This document shows positions 58,480-64,000 of a DNA stretch of 64,000 bases, piece after piece. Numbering within the stretch: the first letter of the stretch is position 1; the number at the start of each line of letters is the position of its first letter. This stretch comes from Heterodontus francisci (taxonomy: Eukaryota), in assembly GCF_036365525.1 (NCBI RefSeq), contig NC_090414.1, positions 20,545,846 to 20,609,845 on the forward strand, given 5' to 3'. The translations under genes and the position numbers were made by a program. The notes under the pieces were generated by a model, which saw nothing but the letters and a program-made list of their open reading frames with translations, was not told the origin of the DNA and did no database searches.

Positions 58480-58890
58480 GACTTGCATTTATGTAGTGCC
58501 TGTCACAACTTCGGGACATCCCAGAGCGCTTTACAGCCAATGAAGCACTTTTTGAAGTGTGGTCACTGTCGTAATGTGTGAAACATGACCGCCAATTTGT
58601 GCACAGCAAGATCCCACAAACAGCAATGTGATAATGACCCAGATCCTCTGTTTTTTAGTGATGTTGGTTGAGGGATAAATATTGGCCCCAGGACACCGGG
58701 GAGAACTCCCCCCTGCTCCTCTTCCAATCGTGGCCGTGGGATCTTTTACATCCACCCGAGAGGGGCAGATGGGGGTCCTCGGTTTAACATCTCGTTCGAA
58801 AGACAGCACCTCGGATCGTTCAGTGTTCCCTCAGTACTGGCACTGTCTGCCTCAAGATTTGAGTCTTGGACTTGAGCCTACAACCTTCAG
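58480..58890 (-). mobile_element. Deu-domain SINE (SacSINE1-like)
   Basis: Reverse complement of the core seen at 1550-1745 and 14640-14880. Confidence 0.7.
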
Positions 58891-59329
58891 GGTGTGTTTG
58901 CTACCCACTGTGCCTCAGCTGATGCCTTTTAAAGCTGGTTACATACCAGTCCGCGGTCCTCTCTGTGCCTCAATCCTCCCGAATCGTTCCCAAACCTGTT
59001 ACTGAGTGTTGGCTGCCTGTGATTTTTGTAGTGATTGTGCGAGTAGTTCACAAATAAACCCACAGCTCCCTGCTCGTACGAGAGAAAGGGAAGCTGGTTG
59101 AATATTTGTGAACAAGCACCGTTTCTTTGCCAGATGCAGTGGTGTGTTATCAGAGGACCCAGTGTTGTTCAGTGTGTTGCATGTTTGTACTGTATACACT
59201 TTTTACTCTCTGTACAAGTTTACATTTTGACTTTTAAAATTGAGTAGTGACTGGAGAGAGGATTTTAAGCTTTCCTCACTTCATACCTGGGGTCTGTGCT
59301 CAATTAGGGGTATTCAATGTCAGATAGTC

Positions 59330-60270
59330 ACTAATAAATCAATGATCGTCCTTCAATCATAAGGTCAGAAGTGGGGATGTTCGCTGATGATTGCACAATG
59401 TTCAGCACCATTCGTGACTCCTCAGATACTGAAGCAGTCCATGTAGAAATGCAGCAAGACCTGGACAATATCCAGGCTTGGGCTGATAAATGGCAAGTAA
59501 CATTCGTGCCACACAAGTGCCAGGCAATGACCATCTTCAAGAGAGAATCTAACAATCTCCCTTTGACATTCAATGGCATTACCATCACTGAATCCCCCCA
59601 CTTTCGGCATCCTGAGGGTTACCATTGACCAGAAACTGAACTGGAGTAGCCACATAAATACAGTGGCTACAAGAGCAGGTCAGAGGCTGGAAATTCTGTG
59701 GCAGTAACTCACCTCCTGACTCCCCAAAGCCTGTCCACCATCTACAAGGCACAAGTCAGGAGTGTGATGGAATACTCTCCACTTGCCTGGATGGGTGCAG
59801 CTCCAACAACACTCAAGAAGCTCGACCACCATCCAGGACAAAGCAGCCCGCTTGATTGGCACCCCATCCGCAAACATTCACTCCCTCCACCACCGACACA
59901 CAGTGGCAGCAGTGTGTACCATCTACAAGATGCACTGCAGCAATGCACCAACGCTCCTTAGACAGCACCTTCCAAACCCGCGACCTCTACCAACTAGAAG
60001 GACAAGGGCAGCAGATGCATGGGAACACCACCACCTGCAAGCTCCCCTCCAAGTCACACACCATCCTGACTTGGAACTATATCGCCGTTCCTTCACTGTC
60101 GCTGGGTCAAAATCCTGGAACTCCCTCCCTAACAGCACTGTGGGTGTACCTACCCCACACGGACTGCAGATGTTCAAGAAGGCAGCTCACCACCACCTTC
60201 TCAGGGGAAATTAGGGATGGACAATAAATGCTGGCCTAGCCAGTGACGCCCACATCCCATGAATGAATGA
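59330..60270 (+). mobile_element. LINE 3' portion (CR1/L2 group)
   Basis: MFADDCT..., MQQDLDNIQAWADKWQVTF.P.KC, YKAQVRSVMEYS; gaatgaatg tail. Confidence 0.82.
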
Positions 60271-60279
60271 AAAAAATAT

Positions 60280-60540
60280 CCAGTGGGGAATTCAGGAGAA
60301 ACTTCTTTCCCCAGAGAGTGGGGAGAATGTGGAACTCACTACCACAGGGAGTGGTTGAGGTGAATAGTATCGATGTATTTAAGGGGAAGCTGGATAAACA
60401 CATGAGGGAGAAAGGAATAGAAGAACGGGGTGAGATGGAGATGGAGAGGGGGGTGGGAGGAGACGCCTGTGGAGCAGAAACACCAGCACGGAGCAGATGG
60501 GCCAAATGGCCTGTTTCTCTGTGGGGAATTCTGTGTAATG
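60280..60540 (+). mobile_element. CR1-type LINE 3' end
   Basis: Near-identical to 32820-33070. Confidence 0.75.
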
Positions 60541-61124
60541 GTTTGAAATCCGAAGGGATGGATTCCCCCCGCTCCCATGTTAAAATTGACCACTAGTATG
60601 GTTAACTATTAAATGAAGTTAGTCACAACACTGAGAGGAGAGGGAACGCTGCCAGTGGCTTGTAGAAAGGTACTGGCTGGTGTGGAGCTGGGCCCGACAG
60701 TCCAGAGAAGTTTGTGGGCAACTGGTCTTGCTATGATATACATCCTCTCCCCAGTTACCATAGTCTCTGATTTCTCCCTGTGTCAGGTTGAAAGGGGGGG
60801 GAGTGCTATTCAGCTCAGGTACCAACCGACATGTCTCATCGAGGGCGAGAATCTGTGAGGGGTTCCGGGGGTGGGGTGGGGGGGGGGAAGGATGAGGGTT
60901 AAATTGTTCTGGCATCGCTATATCAGACGAAACGGGTGAGTACAGAAGGGAGTTTAGGAGACAGTGTAACTATTGTTATATCTGTACCACTATGTTTGTG
61001 TTAATCTTTTATCTGTGATTGTTATCTACACCACTGCTTTTAATAACAGCACTTACTGCGTTTCTCACACGATTAAGGTCGGAGGTTTTGTGGAGGGGCC
61101 GGTGGCTGGGGGAGGGGGCGTCTA

Positions 61125-62220
61125 GGAACAGGAGGAGGCCGTTCAGCCCCTCGAGCCCGTCCTGTCTTTCAATGAGATCATGGCTGATCTGTAACCTATC
61201 CCTTAATACCTTTGGTTAACAGCAATCTACCAATCTCCGATTTAACATTAACAATTGATCCAGCATCGATTGCCGTTTGTGGAAGAGAGTTCCAAACTTC
61301 TCCCACCCTTTGTGTGTGGAAGTGTTTCCTCATTTCACTCCTGAAAGGTCTGGCTCTCATTTTAAAACTCTGCCCCCCGAGTCCTGGACTCCCCCAAGCA
61401 GCGGAAATCGTTTCTCACTATCGACCCCATCAGTTACTCTTAATATCTTAAATGTCAATCAAATCACGCTTAACCTTCTAAATTCCCTAGTTTGCATAAT
61501 CTCTCCTCGTAATTTAAGTCCAGGTATCATATCATTCTGGTAAATCAACACTGCACTCCCTCCAAGGCCAATCTATCCTTGCTAAGGTGTGGTGCCCAGA
61601 ACTGCTCCCAGTAACTGCAGGTGTGGTCTAACAAGGACTTTGTATAGCTGAAGCATGGCTTCTACCCCTTGATTTCTAGACTTGAGATATAAAGGCCAGC
61701 ATTCCATTAGCCTTTTTAACTATTTTCTGTACCTGTTCATGACATTTTAAACAAAAACAAGAAATGCTGGATTCACTTGTTTTTGTTGTTGTTTTTGTTT
61801 CAGATTTCCAGCATCCGCAGTATTTTGCTTTTATGACATTTTAATGATCTGTGTACCAGGACCTGCTAAGTCTTTTTGGATCTTCACTGTATCTGCTTTT
61901 TTGCCATTTAGAAGGACCCTGTTCTGTCCTTTTTAGGTTCAAAGTGGGTGACCTCACATTTACCCAAATTGAAATCCGTTTTCTACAGTTTTGCCCATTG
62001 ACTTAATCTATCAATATATCTTTGTAATTTGATACTTCTATTTACACTGCTGACAATGCTCCCTGTCTTTGTGTCATCAGTAAATTTGGATATGTGTCTT
62101 TCTACCTCATCTAAGTCGTTAATAAATCTGGAGAGTAGTTGAGGCCCCAACTCCGATCATTGCCGGACACCGCTGGTCACATCCTGCCAATTAGAGTTAC
62201 CCGCCCATTATCCCTACCCT
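61125..62220 (-). mobile_element. Decayed CR1-type LINE
   Basis: Reverse-strand similarity to the CR1 fragments elsewhere in the window. Boundaries approximate. Confidence 0.6.
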
Positions 62221-62660
62221 CAGCAAGCCAGGTGAATCACATCCTTCTGCATTTCTATTGTAAGCCGTCCCTCAAGAGTCCAGGCTGAGTCCTGTGCCAG
62301 CTCTGCACTCGGCCACTATGTGGTGGGTGGGTGGGGGGGGGGGTTGCTTTTTGTTTTGTGTGTGGTGGTCATGCCCATTGCCCACTGCAGGCCGGGGCCC
62401 TATGGTCCTGACCCTTTCATCACGGAATGGCAGCAAGCTCTTCGACCATGGGGGACCTCGCCTGGTCTCCTTCCAGCCTCCTTCGCCCAAAGGGTCTCCG
62501 AGGCCATTAGTGACGCTGCCACCTCCACTGGGTTTAATCGTGACCTCCGAGGGAGCCTCTGGCTTCAGTCTCTGACACAATGAATGTGCTGTTCCTGTTA
62601 GGGAGGGGGCAGAGCTTGAGAAGCCTAGAATCTGGAAGTAGTTTACAGTGGGAGTTTAGT

Positions 62661-62983
62661 TTAGAGATACAGCACTGAAACAGGCCCTTCGGCCCACCGA
62701 GTCTGTGCCGACCATCAACCACCAATTTATACTAATCCTATATTCCTACCACATCCCCACCTGTCCCTATATTTCCCTACCACCTACCTATACTAGGGGC
62801 AATTTATAATGGCCAATTTACTTATCAACCTGCAAGTCTTTTGGCATGTGGGAGGATACCGGAGCACCCGGAGGAAACCCACGCAGACACAGGGAGAACT
62901 TGCAAACTCCACACAGGCTGTACCCAGAATTGAACCTGGGTCGCTGGAGCTGTGAGGCTGCGGTGCTAACCACTGTGCCGCCC
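62661..62983 (-). mobile_element. HE1-like V-SINE
   Basis: Reverse complement of 56568-56890. Confidence 0.8.
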
Positions 62984-64000
62984 ACATAGTATGAGTTGTG
63001 CTCATACAGTCACTCGTTTGGGTTGCAAAAACAGGAGAAACCCTTTCATCACCAGTTCTTACAAAACACTCCATAGTTTAGGATGGTTTGTGTAAGATTG
63101 GAGTGCCATTCACTTCCTCTTTTTATAAAAGCAATGACTCATATCTTCAGTTCCTGATTGTCTCACTGCTCGACACTCTCCACACACCAGCCTTTTAGAA
63201 TTGTACAGCACAGGAGGAGGGCTCTTCAGCTCTTCTCATTGAAAGAGCTCTCTGCTCAACAACAATTTACATTTATATGGCACCTTTACCATGGCAAAAC
63301 ATCCCTCACCGCTTCACGGGACCAAATTTGACCCCCAGCCACGTAAGGAGATATTAGCGACAGGCGACCAAAAGCTCAGTCAAAGAGGTCAGTTTTTAAG
63401 GAGCGTCTTAAAGGAGGAGAGAGAGAGAGGAGGAGAGGTTTAGGGAGGAAATTCCAGAGTTTAGGGCCGCCCAGGCAGCTGAAAGCACGGCAGCCAGTGG
63501 TGGAGCGATGGGAATCGGGGGATGGACAAGAGGGTGGAAATGGAGGAGCGCAGAGATCTTGGGGGGTGGGGGGCAGGAGGAGGTTACAGAGATAGGGAGT
63601 GGGGGAGATCATGGAGGGAATTTAAAAATGGAGGTGTTACCCACTGCCTGACGGTGATAGAGGCAGAAACCCTCATCGCATTTATATAAAAAAAAATTCA
63701 CTTGGGTAGGCACTTGAAGTGCTGTAACCTACGGGGCCAAAGAACTGGAAAGTGGGATTGGGCTGGGTAGCTCTCGCCCAGTGCAGACACGATGGGCCGA
63801 ATGGCCTGCTGTGCCATAAATTTTTCCATGATTCTGCCCCGAGGCTAGAGTGTTGGCACTCATCAGTCTTCTCCGCCCCACCCCTTCCCTCCTCGTTGAC
63901 TCAAAGCTTGCAACTCCTCCTGGCTCTTGCTATTCCAAAGCTGCACAGTTCTGTAGTCTCCGTGTCCCCACACAATCGCAGCTGGGTGTCAGCTATTCAC

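Overview
This is GC-rich vertebrate DNA. The HE1-type V-SINEs, SacSINE1/Deu-type SINEs and CR1/L2-type LINE fragments point to a cartilaginous fish. Four spliced host genes are present: a TGF-beta ligand gene (minus strand, exons 1-6, running off the left edge), ESRRA (plus), TRMT112 (minus, complete, 123 aa) and PRDX5 exon 1 (plus). This is the human 11q13 order ESRRA-TRMT112-PRDX5, with a TGF-beta gene that may be the fourth vertebrate TGFB ohnolog. About a third of the window is one family of Tx1-clade non-LTR retrotransposons: three near-full-length ~6.5-kb copies, one 5'-truncated copy, one internally deleted copy, one 3' stub and one poly(A)-only scar. The most notable observation is target specificity. 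All four copies with a complete 3' end run from poly(A) into the same position of a dispersed ~70-bp minisatellite (ACAGGTACAGCA^CGGGGTTAGATACAGAG), and the bare A-run sits at the same spot. The element's own 5' end (GGGGATTGG) resembles the downstream half of this target, and head-to-tail stacks are present. All calls come from reading the sequence and the ORF track; no database searches were run, so family names and novelty need checking.
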